A stretch of DNA of 64,000 bases from contig MU055609.1 in assembly GCA_013239625.1 (NCBI GenBank), positions 4,662,106 to 4,726,105 on the forward strand, read 5' to 3'. The translations under genes were made by a program, and so were the position numbers. How positions within the stretch are numbered: position 1 is the first letter of the stretch; each line of letters opens with the position of its first letter. This document shows positions 39,465 through 50,940 of this stretch, piece after piece. The notes under the pieces were generated by a model. That model was not told the DNA's origin. It worked only from the letters and a program-made list of their open reading frames with translations, and did not search any database. This stretch comes from Lama guanicoe (Eukaryota).

Positions 39465-41110
39465 TTACCTCACCCCATTTTTTAAAAATCTTTTTTTGCT
39501 CCTGCTCCTGAGGGGTAATTGTTGGCTGTAAATCATGAAAAGTTGCATTTTCACAGAACCACCAACCGCAAACAAACAATGCAGCTAATGGATAACCTGG
39601 CCCATTCCCCCAGGCGGCCCTCATCCCAGAGAACACTGGGGCAGGGGCTGGGCTGGGGCTGCAGCCTCCAACTTGGGGCGGTGGGGAGTGGAAGCCCTGC
39701 TCCAAGATGTTTTGAGATGTTTGTAACACACCCCAGTGTGATTGGCAGAATCTCTGTTACACAGGGGGTTGCATTTCTGTAGGCAGAATCATTTTGGAGT
39801 GTTGGGCAGCCCCATACCACCCTGTTCTCTTTACCTGGGGTCTGTCACAACAGCCAGGGCAGGCCCAGCATGAGTCCTCTCCGCTTCCAGATTACTTCTG
39901 TGGTTTACAAAATGTAACCCATCTGGTTCCTTAGCCTTCCCCAACCTTTAGGAGCAGGTGGGACACCAGGGACAGGAGGGCTGAGTGGCTTGCCCACGTC
40001 GGCTGCGCTCGACCCTTGCTGTGTGGATTCCCATGGCTGTCTGTCCATCTTGCTGCATGCAGTGTGTCTGGGGGATTCACACGTGCCCTCATTTCCTCCC
40101 ATGGGAGTTGTAAGTTTGGAGGTCTGGGTCCTAGTTCCAGACTCAGGAGAAGGCAGGAGAAGTGACTTCTTCAAGGTGGTGTTGGCAGGCTGCACTTGTA
40201 ACTGAAGAGACACCCATTTCCTGACTCCGAGGGGCTGACCCTTGTCCCAGAGAACCAGTCAGACCCCTGGAAGATAATTGGTGACTCAGTTTCAGAGTCT
40301 CTGTCCTGGTGGGGTAAGGGAACCTTCGAGGCTGGAGGTGGGCTTCCTGCAGAAGGAGCATCTGTGAGCTGTAGAGCTGGGGGTAGGCGGTGGGGAGAAG
40401 CAGGGCCCAGGCCCAGGTAGGCCAGTCAGGCCCGGGGCTTCCTGCACAGTCTCACCCGTCCGTGCGAGCACGGGCCCGGGCACGGACACGCCGACCACAT
40501 GAGCAGGTGGGACACAGATTGTCTGGAAGGAGGCCAGGCTGGGAAGAGCAACGTCTGTTCACCCCTGGGAGGCATTTGTTGAGGCAGATGTACCAGGTAA
40601 ATGCCGGAAGAGCAGCATTTAAACAGAAAACTAACGATAGTCCCCCGCATCATGCAGCCCGCCTCATCTCCCACCGCACCCGGACCCTGACGGGGCCCTC
40701 CTCCACCCTCCAGGGATGTTTCCCAGCGGGGCTGACTGTTTATTCTTTAAGTCATGGATATCTATTGCTCTCCTGCTCTGTAGAGCATGCCAGCCTCTTG
40801 GAGAGGGCACAGACATTCATGCAGCCCCTCACCTGTCCTGAAGGAGCTTCATAAAGCAGCTGAGTGGGGAAGGCAGGGCATCCTTGCTTAATAACAGTTG
40901 CTGCTGTGGTGGGCATGGCCCTCCTGTTTTAGAGGTGAGGCGATGGAGGCTCATCCACTGAGTAACACACCTGGGAAGGTGGTGTGTGAAGGGGGTCTGT
41001 GGAGGGCGAGGGTGGACAGGAGAGTCACCGGAGGGTGGACCCAGGGGTGGGAGCTCCCTGTCTCCCATTGTGGATGCGGCCTCTCACTCTCCACCTTCCT
41101 GTCTCCACAG

Positions 41111-41200
41111 AGCGCAGCAGCCGCACCAAGCCCCGTGCTTGGCAACATTCCCCCCAACGATGGGATGCCGGGAGGCCCCATCCCACCAGGTTTCTTTCAG
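41111..41200 (+). CDS. SSBP3: SSBP3 internal coding exon (exon 5 by human numbering), 90 nt, phase 0-0
   Basis: Translates [30 protein letters not shown], the segment following the LUFS domain of SSBP proteins. [11 protein letters not shown] matches SSBP3 rather than SSBP2 (GDGMPVGPVPP) as I recall them. Acceptor ctctcactctccaccttcctgtctccacag (branch-like CTCAC, A at 41086); donor CAG|gtacgt. Confidence 0.96.
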
Positions 41201-44200
41201 GTACGTCCTGTCCTCCCATCACTCCAGGCCAGGCCCCGGGCAGGCGGGAGGGAGGGAGAGAGAAGTAAGTAGTAGTAGCTCAGTTTGCCATGGTCTAAAT
41301 ACAGTTGCTTTATGCTGGTTCAAGCCCTTCCCTTCCCATCCCTCTCTCCACCTCTTCCAAACACCGAGGAAGGGAGAAAAGACAGAGATGGGGAGCAGAC
41401 ACCTCCTGCATGTGCTGTGTCACTTCTGCTGGAGTTTGTTTTCTTCACACCAGCTTCGCACTCACGACACAGCCCACCCCTGGTCGGGGAGGCGGCGGGG
41501 CTGCTTCCAAGTCCGCGTGGAGCTGTCTTTTAACAAAAGGCTTAAAAAACAACAACAACGACAAGTATACTGCTCTTTGTTTCTGTTTTGTTGCTGCTGT
41601 GTTGTCATTGTTTACTTTGCTTATCCAAACTACAAACCTTAGGCGTACTCTAAAAAAACAAAAACCCCACCATCCTGGCAGGTCTCGAAATCCTTTCCCT
41701 CTGGTTAGCCACTTGATTTTTTCCGAATGTGATCACAGACGGGGTCCCACAAGCATCTGTGCCCGCACTCTGCCTGCCAGGGCAGGAGCAGGTCTCACGT
41801 GGGTTGAGGGCCTGGCCTTCCCCAAAAGACACCTTGTTGGGCTCTTGGGGGGCTTTGCAATTTGTGTGTGGTTGCCACACCCTCGACGCCTCCTCCTCCA
41901 TCTCTGTTGTCCCCTCCGGGGACTTACTCGATTTAAACCAGATTGAAACTGGGAAAGGCCCTTGGAGAGGGATTGGCGTGCGGGGCTGGAGGAACTTTTA
42001 TATGATGAAGCTCTCGAGCATGATGTTCTTTCAGACCTGTCTGTGGCCAAGTTTGAGAATCTGCCTGAGTTCCCCGCAGCTTTTGGAATGTTGGAGCTTT
42101 CAGATAAGAATATGGAAAGAGTGGTTGTGTGGAAAAGAAGGCAGAAATTCCTCTGTGAAATCCAAGAATTCAAAACTGTGACCAGTGAGGTGAATTCCGA
42201 GGAGACTTTGGCTTGGTGACAGCCAGAATGTCACACCCTGTGCATCCATTGGTGATGCAGGCGGCGGGGGCTCCCTGGCGCTGGAAGTACCTGAGCAAAA
42301 ACAGGGCAGACACCTCCTGGGGATTTCCTCCTGGGTGGGAGATGAGCTCAAGGACACTTCTCCTTTGCAGGATTTCACATTTTGGTTGATGTTAACTCCA
42401 AGGAGAGGAGGGTTAGGAAATGCTGCTTACCAGACAGGAAAGGGAATCAGTGAAACTTGGGTGTTCCCCCAAAACAGAAACTGCAGATTGCCCACCAAGG
42501 TGGCGGTTAGAGGGATTTAGGGATGGAAGTTCAGGGCACTGGTTGGCCACACATGTGTCTATAAGCTTTCCTAGCGTACTCTCCGAACTGGGGCCTTGTC
42601 CCAGGGATGGAAATGGGTATAACCTGAAAAATCAGTATATAGGCTTCAGGTTGGACCAGACCAAGCATTGCCTGGGGCGTGGCTTGGGGTAAGGCCACAG
42701 GCATTGGGAAAAGGGGCCAGGCTTCAGAGAGAGTAAGACATTCAAATCCTTGGATACCTGTGGACCCAAGAAAGACAGGAGCCTGGCGGGCTTCTGCCTT
42801 TCCCCCCAGAGAGGAAACCCAAGGGAATACTGTCTGAGAGGGCTGCCTTTCTGGCACTGCAGAGGAGTGTTCTGCGCCCAGCTGGTGGTGTTTCCCATGG
42901 TGTTCTGTCTGGTTAGGACTTCTTTCCCAGGCTTACATGTCCTCACCAATGGTGCCATGGATGCCCTTCACACAGTGCAGATGTGGCTTCCCTGCTTAGT
43001 GAACAGAGCCCACTCAGGTACCAGGCTCCACTTGTGTGGATCCTATTGAGGCTGCTCACTGGCATCTGGGTACCCAGTACAGGCCACTATGGCAAGAGTA
43101 GATGGATAACAGCCAGCTGCATTTTTTAAAATAGGCCGTTGACTTCTATTTTAGCCTGAGTCTGGAGCAAGGAGAGGTCTGCCTGATATGTGGGCAGCTC
43201 CCAGCTTCCTGCTTTGGTACAATGTCCATGGTTAAGGCCTAATTCCAGACATACTTCTTCGGCCCTCCCCTGTGACGTTCAGGGCTGTGTGGTCAGAGAG
43301 CCCAGACTGATTCCTGTCCTTATTTAGCCACCACCAGCTACCATCAGACAGAGGTGACTTTTCAACCCACCCTCTTGACTTGAGGTCTTCTCTGATCCCC
43401 AGTCGGTGAACCATTGAGCTTTCTGAAACATCGAGTAGGGGGCTGTGTGCCCCAGCCTCTTGGCTGACCCCCATCCCCACCTCCCACCCCCCAAGCCAAG
43501 GGGCATCGTTTCTCCATCAGTCAGGTGAAGGCGGATGAGGTCCTTCCTGGTTGGGATGCTGAACTGTTTGGGCTGGGTCACTGCTGCAGGAAAGGGTATC
43601 TCTCTGGAAGGAGGTAGTGGCTGCCCATTTCCGGAGCAGGCCACTCATAAGAGGAATATTAGCTATTGATTGCTGGCCCTGCCCCAAACTCATCATGCAG
43701 GCAGCCACTCTTATATTAGAAGAGAAATAGAGATGATATCGAAGGTTTTATCTACTGCCAACAATTGCACATCTTCCCCTGCTTGGCCACAGCTTGGCAG
43801 TCAGCTCTGCTGCAAGAGGGTCTTGGCACCAAGGAGCCGGCCTGGGTTGGCTGATCCAGCTTTGACCAGACCTCGTCCCAAGGTGGCCAGCCTGGTTTTC
43901 AGGTCAGGACTTCACCCCTAGTTGGTGCTAAATTTAGCTGGGGCCTCCAGGGTGCGTGGGAGGGACCAGCTGGCCACCCTCGCCATACCAGCCCCTTAGA
44001 AAGCAACACAGGGGACCCCCTTCCTCAGGTCTCTGACTGCCAAGCTGCGAGGCTGCTCCTGGGGCCAGAAGGTTTGGCTGTTCCCATGTTAGCTTCTGTT
44101 TGTCCGCTCTTCTTTATTTGCTGTTGGGATTTCTGAGGTGGACAGTGCCTGTGGTCCTGTGGCATAATATGTGCTTGGTATCAAGTTGAGGGCTGGCAAG

Positions 44201-47200
44201 GAGGTGGTTTGGGACCTGACCATCTCTCACTATTGGGGAATATTGTGGGGTTCTTTAGGTCATGGTAGAACTTAGCAAAGACATTGTAATTCTGTGTGTT
44301 CCTTGTAATAAGCTTGCCTTAATATTGGTGTCCCCAGCACATGGCAGCACTGGGGACCTAGGAAATGTTTGAACTGAGTTTGTGTCGCTCATGTTACCAG
44401 GAGTGGAGCCCAGCCAACCCCCAAGCTCTAGATCCAGCACTCTCACCAAGCTAGGAAAGTCTGGCAGTGGTGGTGTGGAGTAGGGAAGGACATGGAGGAT
44501 TGGAAACTGAGGCCACCTGTTCTGGTCCCCTGCTTGGCCACATGACCCTGAGTGACCCTGGGCAAGTTGCTCCCCATCTCTGGGCCCCAGTTTCCTCAGC
44601 AGTAGACGAAGCAGAGTGGACCAGATGGTCTCTGAGTGCCCTTCCCACTTGGATTTTTCACTTTGGATCCAGATGGATTTTACATAATCAAGCAGTGCCA
44701 TTTTTTTTTTTCATGCAGCTTAAGTCAGTCGGGCTGCACATCTGGCGAAGTCAGCATGGCTTTGGCCAGGCCCACTAGTCTGGGTGGGTCCCCAGCTCCT
44801 TGGCCCTAAGGTGGTTTGAGGGGAGGCACTGTCCAATGAGGATTTCTAGGTCCAGAGCTGGGGAATTGCGGGAGGGCAGGGGTCATGGAGAAGGGAGCAT
44901 TGCTGGGTACAGGCTGTTTTTGTTCTTGTTTAGTTTTAAATTCCAATAATTGTTTTCAGTTATGTAGTGTTTTTAGACATGCAACTTACTTTCACTTTGA
45001 CCATAGCATTTCTGCAGAGGAGGCATGGCTGACTGGGAAAGTGAAACTCTGAAAGGGGAATGACCTGCCCAGGGTTAGCAGCTGAGGGCTGGAATCAGAC
45101 CCTAAACGTAGTCCCTGAACCTCATGTTCTTCCGCAGCAGTCAGAGATCCTGATGTAGGTACATGTCTGATTGTCTAGAGGAAGAAGAGAGAATAGAGAA
45201 CATGAGAAAGAGGAGAAATAGTGGAAGGAGAAAGAGAAACTCTAGCCACTGTCTCTTAAAAGTAGCCGGTGTTTCCATTCAAATGCTAGTGGAGGTCATA
45301 GGCCTAAAAGACTGTGCCTTTTCTGGAAGAGGCATCCCTGAGGGACCTAGCTCCCTTTGCCAGAAGCTCAGCCCGTCCTGCTCTGAACATCCTCAGGTAC
45401 TTTCCGCCATGGTAGGGTACACTTAGGGATTGACATGTCCCCCATTCCAGTGAGTCCTCGTTCCTGCTGGCCAAGCCCATCCACCTTGGAAGGAGGTTGA
45501 GGTCTGCCCCAGGGAACCCTCCTCATCAGTCTTTGGGGGAGAGAGGAAAAGAGCAAATGATATGTAGAGGAACCAAAGAAATGATCCAGAAATAAGAGAG
45601 AGAGAGATACACACGACCTTGGCCCTTTCCTATTGAGATTATAGGATACACTTCTCTGCTCATCTCCCTCAGAAATAGCTGGGGTTTCTTTGGGAGAGAA
45701 GCAACTGCAGGAGGGCTCTGATGACTTACTTCAGGTCTCTGAAGTTCTGCCAGATAGAAGATACTCAGCCCTACCTCTGTGAGGTCAGCCCTTAGATCAC
45801 AGATCCTTGAGAGAGAAGAAGAGGGAGGCTACTTGGAGTCTTTGTAGGGGAGACATTGCTACCACCTGCCCATTTAACAATGAAGTAGTGAGTTCCTTGG
45901 CACTAGTGGTAACCAAGAAGAGACTAGATGCCCAGCAGAGAGCCTTGGGGACTGTGAGCCTTGGGGTGGGAAGATGTGTTTCCAGGGAAGATCAAAGCCC
46001 AGTAAACGAGAACATGCCAGTGGCAGCAGCTCGGGCGGGCAGGTCCTGAGAGCTGGGCCGAGTGCTCTCCGTTTCCGGGCTTCCTTTCCAGCGGGAAGCA
46101 GGCAGCGGCAGAGTGAGCTGACATTCCTCCTGTCAGGAAGCTGCTGCAGCAGAAAAGACTCTTCTGTGCTGACTAGGGCAAGTCCAGGACTGAGGGAGGC
46201 TTGGGAAGAATTAAACCACCTTGTGTTTGTGGTTTTCAAAGCCTGCTTCTAGGGTGGGGGCCCGGATTCCCATTTGATGGTGAATCTGAGGCTGGAGCCT
46301 AAACCCTGTGAGGCCTGGCCTGAGCTTGTTGATCGTCCCCTGGCTCATTGGCTGGACATGGTCTCTGAGGGCACAGTGACCTCTCTGTCACCCAGCCTTG
46401 GTGAGCACTGCAGACTGTGGAGGCAGCCACAGACCCTGCCCTCAGTGGGCTCACAGAGACTACCTGGTGGAGGAGCCAGGGCTGATTACATGGAGGGGCC
46501 AGTGCCATGGGAGCAGGCGAAGGGTACAGCTAGCCTGGCCTGGGAGCCGTCTGGGGAGGCTTTCCCGAAGGGCTGACACGGGAGCTGAGGCCTGAGCAGG
46601 AGGCAGTTGCCAGTGGGGGTGGTGTGGGGCAGGAGAGGGTAGGTCTGCCTGGGCGTGGATGTGAAAGGGATGTGAAAGGGCAAGGGATGGCAGGAGGCTC
46701 AGATAGACACACAAAGGACTTGAACTTACTGGCAGAGGGAAGCCACAGAAGGTTCCTAAGAAGGGAGGAGGGGACGTGGTCCTAGGAAGAGCACATGTGG
46801 CCTGGAGGGGTTGGGTTCATGGCAGACTGGCCAGTGTAGATCCCAGGCTGTGGTCCTCTCCGGAGGCAGCCAGGGCCTGAGCTGGAGGGGTGACTGAGTG
46901 CTGTGGTGCCTCCCTGCCCTCAACAGGTGGCCCCTCGCTGAATGTGGAGCTGGAGGAGTTGAGGGAGAAGCAGAGCTGAGGAGGCCTTGGCTTCTGGCCT
47001 GCATTGGACTGAGGTCAGGGCTGTGGTGGGAAAACAGGAGGCAGGTGTGGGGGTGAGAGTCAACCTCTTGCTGAGTCTGAGGTGCCTCCTACCCTCCTTC
47101 CTTCCCCAGGGGAGGGGGCCGCATGTGGTCCCATGGCGGCCCATCCTAGCCCTTCCTGGCCTCCCATCCATGCTCACAAACCCTAAAGTGGAACTGCCGA

Positions 47201-48552
47201 ACCCCTCTCATAGTTGCTAGTGGAACATTCTCCAAATTAGAGAAGGCGCCCCCGACTCTGTGATCTCATTTGCCCATTAGGTAGGCCTGAGGGCTGATAG
47301 TATTCCCTCTGTCTGGTTGAGAAAACTGAGGCTCAAGTTGGCCAGAGAGTTGCTTAAGGAAAAGAGACCTGGGCGGGGCGGTGGGACCCGGATCCTCATC
47401 ATGATACCCCTGTGAGCTGGGGAGCAGATTCCCTGCCCTTCCTGGGACTGCTCTCCACCCCATCCCCTTGCCCTGTCTGCTTCTTCCCTGTGGGCTGAAG
47501 GGGTCCATAGATGCACTGGTCTGTGGGAAAGGACAGAGGTGCTGTGTCAGGGGTGAGCATGCCAGTCCTCCAGGGGACAGAAGTGCCCCCTCCTCCCCAC
47601 CCCTCGCCCTGCTGTCTGCCTCCAGACTGACAGAAGGCAGGGTCACCCCTGCTGAGAAGGATTAGAGAGGAGGCGGGGCACCCCAACTGCTGGGCCCTGG
47701 GCCACGGTTGGAGGTGGGGAGCCACTGTTGTTCTCCAACCCCAGCCCCCACCTGTTCCAAGCCGGCTTGGCTCACGCAGCAGCAGCCCCTCCCCTCCTCT
47801 AGTTACTGAGATGAAGCCAGGAGCAGCCTTTAAGCCTGAAGACCTCTGGACACTCTGGTTTGAGTCCAGCCCTGCTTCCAAACTGCTGTGTGTCCTTGGC
47901 AAGCCATCCTCCCCTCTCTGGGCCTTAGTTTGCTCATTGCTCTAGAGAGCGCTGCCCAAGAGGGCTTTATAAACCCCTGCCACTCGGAAGTGCTGTGGAC
48001 TGGACTGTTCCTCCCCTCCCTGTCTTGGACCTCCCCTCTGCATTCACCTGGCCCACATGCAGACCTCCCCTCCACATTCACCTGGCCTGTGCAGAAAGGC
48101 CAGGGCAGGAAAGAGAGGAAAACAGCCTTTCTTTCTTGCGAACACCACCTCCACAAAGGTCAGGCTGTGCTCCTGCCCTGCCCGCATCCAGCCTAGTGCC
48201 TAATGTCTGCCCAGCGGCAGATGACCGGCCCGGGGCTCCTAGCAACAGTGGACAAAAGGTTATTCCTGACGTGCCAGGCTGCCTCACCCCCTCGCCCTCC
48301 CTCCTAAAAAGAAAAAAAAAAGTTACGGCCTTGACCAGCATGTGTGCACGCATGGGCATGTTGGTGTCTGCACACTTGAGCCACCTCCCCCTCCCCAAAA
48401 CGTGAACTCCACATGTCGCGCTGTAACTCTCGCTGATGAAATGGAAAGTTGAACATAAATCAATGTCTGCCGCCCTGTTAGCTATGCATCAGCAGTCAGC
48501 GCCTGGGAGGTTTGCTCAGTAACAAAGCACCCGGGGGCTCTGCGGGCCTCGA

Positions 48553-48568
48553 CCGCCCCCTGTCGCGG
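48553..48568 (-). promoter_or_regulatory. Candidate CTCF site
   Basis: Minus strand CCGCGACAGGGGGCGG (two mismatches to the core) in a CpG-rich patch. Motif evidence only. Confidence 0.35.
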
Positions 48569-50799
48569 AGCCAGCCCCACACCCGGGAGTCTGCGGGCTG
48601 CAGCCAGCCCGCTGCCTGTCCCACTGCGCCAGACCCATCCTGGCTCTGATCCCTCTCCGTGGAGAGGAAGGGGAGTGGCTCTGGAAGGACCCTGGGACAC
48701 AGGAAGCCAGGACTGTGCCCAGCTGCTCTTCCTGCCCCGGGAGACCCCAATGACTGTGTCGCCCTCTCCAAGCCCCTTCTCTTTAGCTCTGAACTGACTC
48801 CTGGAATCTCTGACTTTTATGGATCTGATGCTTAGGGGTTGATGTCAGCAGCACCTTCATCTCTGGTTTATTAAGATCTTGGGCTGGTTTATCCTTTTCC
48901 CCTTTGGACCTGGGTTTCTCTTCGAGTTGAATTTCTCCCCCTGTGCTGGAGAGCTGCCCTGCTGGGATGTGGGCTCTCCCAGCACCTGGCTGACTGTCCC
49001 CCAGCAGATCTTCCTGCCTCTCATGGGGGGTGGGGCGCCCCAGTGTTTTCGTTTTGTCTCTTCATAGTTGGCTAAGAGGGTTAGACCCTCCTCTGCCCCT
49101 GCCCCCTTTTCTGCAAATCATGCTGAGATTTTTTTTCATTTAAAAAAAAAGTTCAAATTCCTCAGCCCTTGTAGCAGAAGAGGTTTGAAGAAGGGAATTC
49201 CAGCGGGATCCTGTAATAACGGGCCTTGGCGTTACATGGATTGAGACAGGCTCCCTGAATATGATCATGCTGCCTGAGGGGACACTGTCCTTTGAGAAGT
49301 CTGGACTAGATGCAGGGCAGAGGGTATTTCCCACATCTCGTTGAGATTTTGTTTTAAAAGCTGGGGACACGGCCAGAGACCCACAGTGTGGGTTTTGGGT
49401 TCATGTCCTTTTTCTGCCTAGATTAACTCCCCAGCCAAACTTTTCCTGACAAGCTCCTTCCCCCAGATGAAGGCCTTGGAATCAATGAAGCCTTTGGGCC
49501 AGGCCTACCAGTGGCTCTGTGAATTTGTAGTCCAAAAAGCCCCTGTCTCTTGCTAAGACCAAAAGGGTGGGGTTAGGCTTGGTAAGAGCATAGGTGGGAC
49601 CACAGCCTTCGCAAAGTGTCAGCTCCATGCTGGGGGCTGGGCTCCCCAAGAAATTCCCCAACCTGCCGGACGTGACTTCAGCCACGTGTGCAGTGCAGGG
49701 TGGTGCGAGAGACCACTCAGCTGTGGGAGAGGCCTCCGAAGAAGATCACCTCTGAAGAGGGTCATCACAACGCCTAGCGGCCATGACCAGAGCCTTTGGA
49801 GCAAGACAGCCCACTGTCACTCCTGGTGCCGTGTTCTGGACAGGTTACCAGACCCCTCTGAGCACTGGTATCTATACTGTGCTGAGGAATAGTCATTCAG
49901 CAAATCGTGGTGCCTCCTTTTTGGAGCGCTAGTGAGGTCTGACTATACCTGTAAACATAGCCTCATGTTCAGTGATGGTTTATTACTGCTGTGGAAACAT
50001 GATTGGCTCCAGGATCCATGTTGACCAATGGTCAGAAGGCCAGTGGCTGGGCTCCTAGAGCTCCGTGTGCCCCCTGTGTGTCCCATCCCTCCCTTACCCT
50101 CTCCGAAGGCACTCCATCCTTCCTGGTGGCCCTGGGGTCATGCAGTTTAGGTTGGCACATGGGTCACCTTGAGAAAGTCCATTAAACTATCTGAACTGCA
50201 GCTGCTTCATCTGACAGTTGAGGGTGAAGATGCCCCCCTGTCTCTTGGGGTGGTTGTGAGGATGCTGTGAAATGATGCCCATGAGTCCCTCCCTGGCATC
50301 TGGGTAAACAGTCTGGATCCTGTGTTGCAGACACAGTCAGGTGTGTCCTGGGCTGTTCTTTTCTGCGAGGTAGAGGCCAGGGTGGAGGTGGGTCTTCCAG
50401 CTCTACCAAGAGCAAGGGCCCCTGTGAGTTCTCTCCTTTTTCCAGAAGGCAGTGGCAGTGCCTTGGTGGCAGTGATGTGTTGGAGAGGTTCTCAGTAGTC
50501 TCGAGATTGATTGGCTTTTTAGTGCTTAACCCTTCAGTTAGACTGACATGCTAAGCACCGGGTTTTATTTGGCCCTTAAACGTCTTGCTTCACTTAATCC
50601 TGCTCACCTGGCTACCCTCTTGGGCCCTGCCACTTTGTTCCCTGGTCCACTGACAGAAGCTGATGAGGGAGGTGGAGGCCAGGAAGCAGGTTGTCTGTCC
50701 AGAAGCCTCTGACTCTGTTCTGCCAGGCTCATCAGTATGAGCTCACTGTATTGAGAGTTAGTGTTAGCTCTCCCACCCAGGGGACTGGGCCTTTGCCTA

Positions 50800-50940
50800 T
50801 ATTGTGGTCCCTCGATATCCATGGGGATTTGGTTCCAGGACCCTTCACGGATACCAAAATCCATGGATGCTCGAGTCCCTTTTATAAAATGGCCACGTAT
50901 ATTCTGCCTCCGTATCCGCAGATACAGAGGGCCGGCCATA
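50800..50940 (+). mobile_element. Internally deleted MER2-like (TcMar-Tigger) element
   Basis: gtccctcgatatccatggggatttggttccaggaccc…gataccaaaatccatggatgctcgagtccc…ataaaatggc joined to the terminus gatacagagggccg; imperfect terminal inverted repeats and TA at both ends. Confidence 0.7.

Larger units (their letters stand above)
1..41110 (+). other. SSBP3: 3' part of the large SSBP3 intron preceding exon 5
   Basis: No upstream SSBP3 coding sequence (…EAKAFHDY) seen; only repeats and non-coding DNA, ending in a canonical acceptor. Confidence 0.85.

Noticed and set aside
40898-41272. 124-aa ORF as a stand-alone gene
   Set aside because: Only 41111-41200 is SSBP3-like and it is bounded by splice sites; the rest is intron.
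41991-42077. Box C/D snoRNA-like arrangement (ATGATGA at 42002, CTGA at 42065, ggaac/gttcc flanks)
   Set aside because: The terminal stem is offset from box C, there is no credible D' guide and I recognise no target. A snoscan or Infernal search could revisit it.
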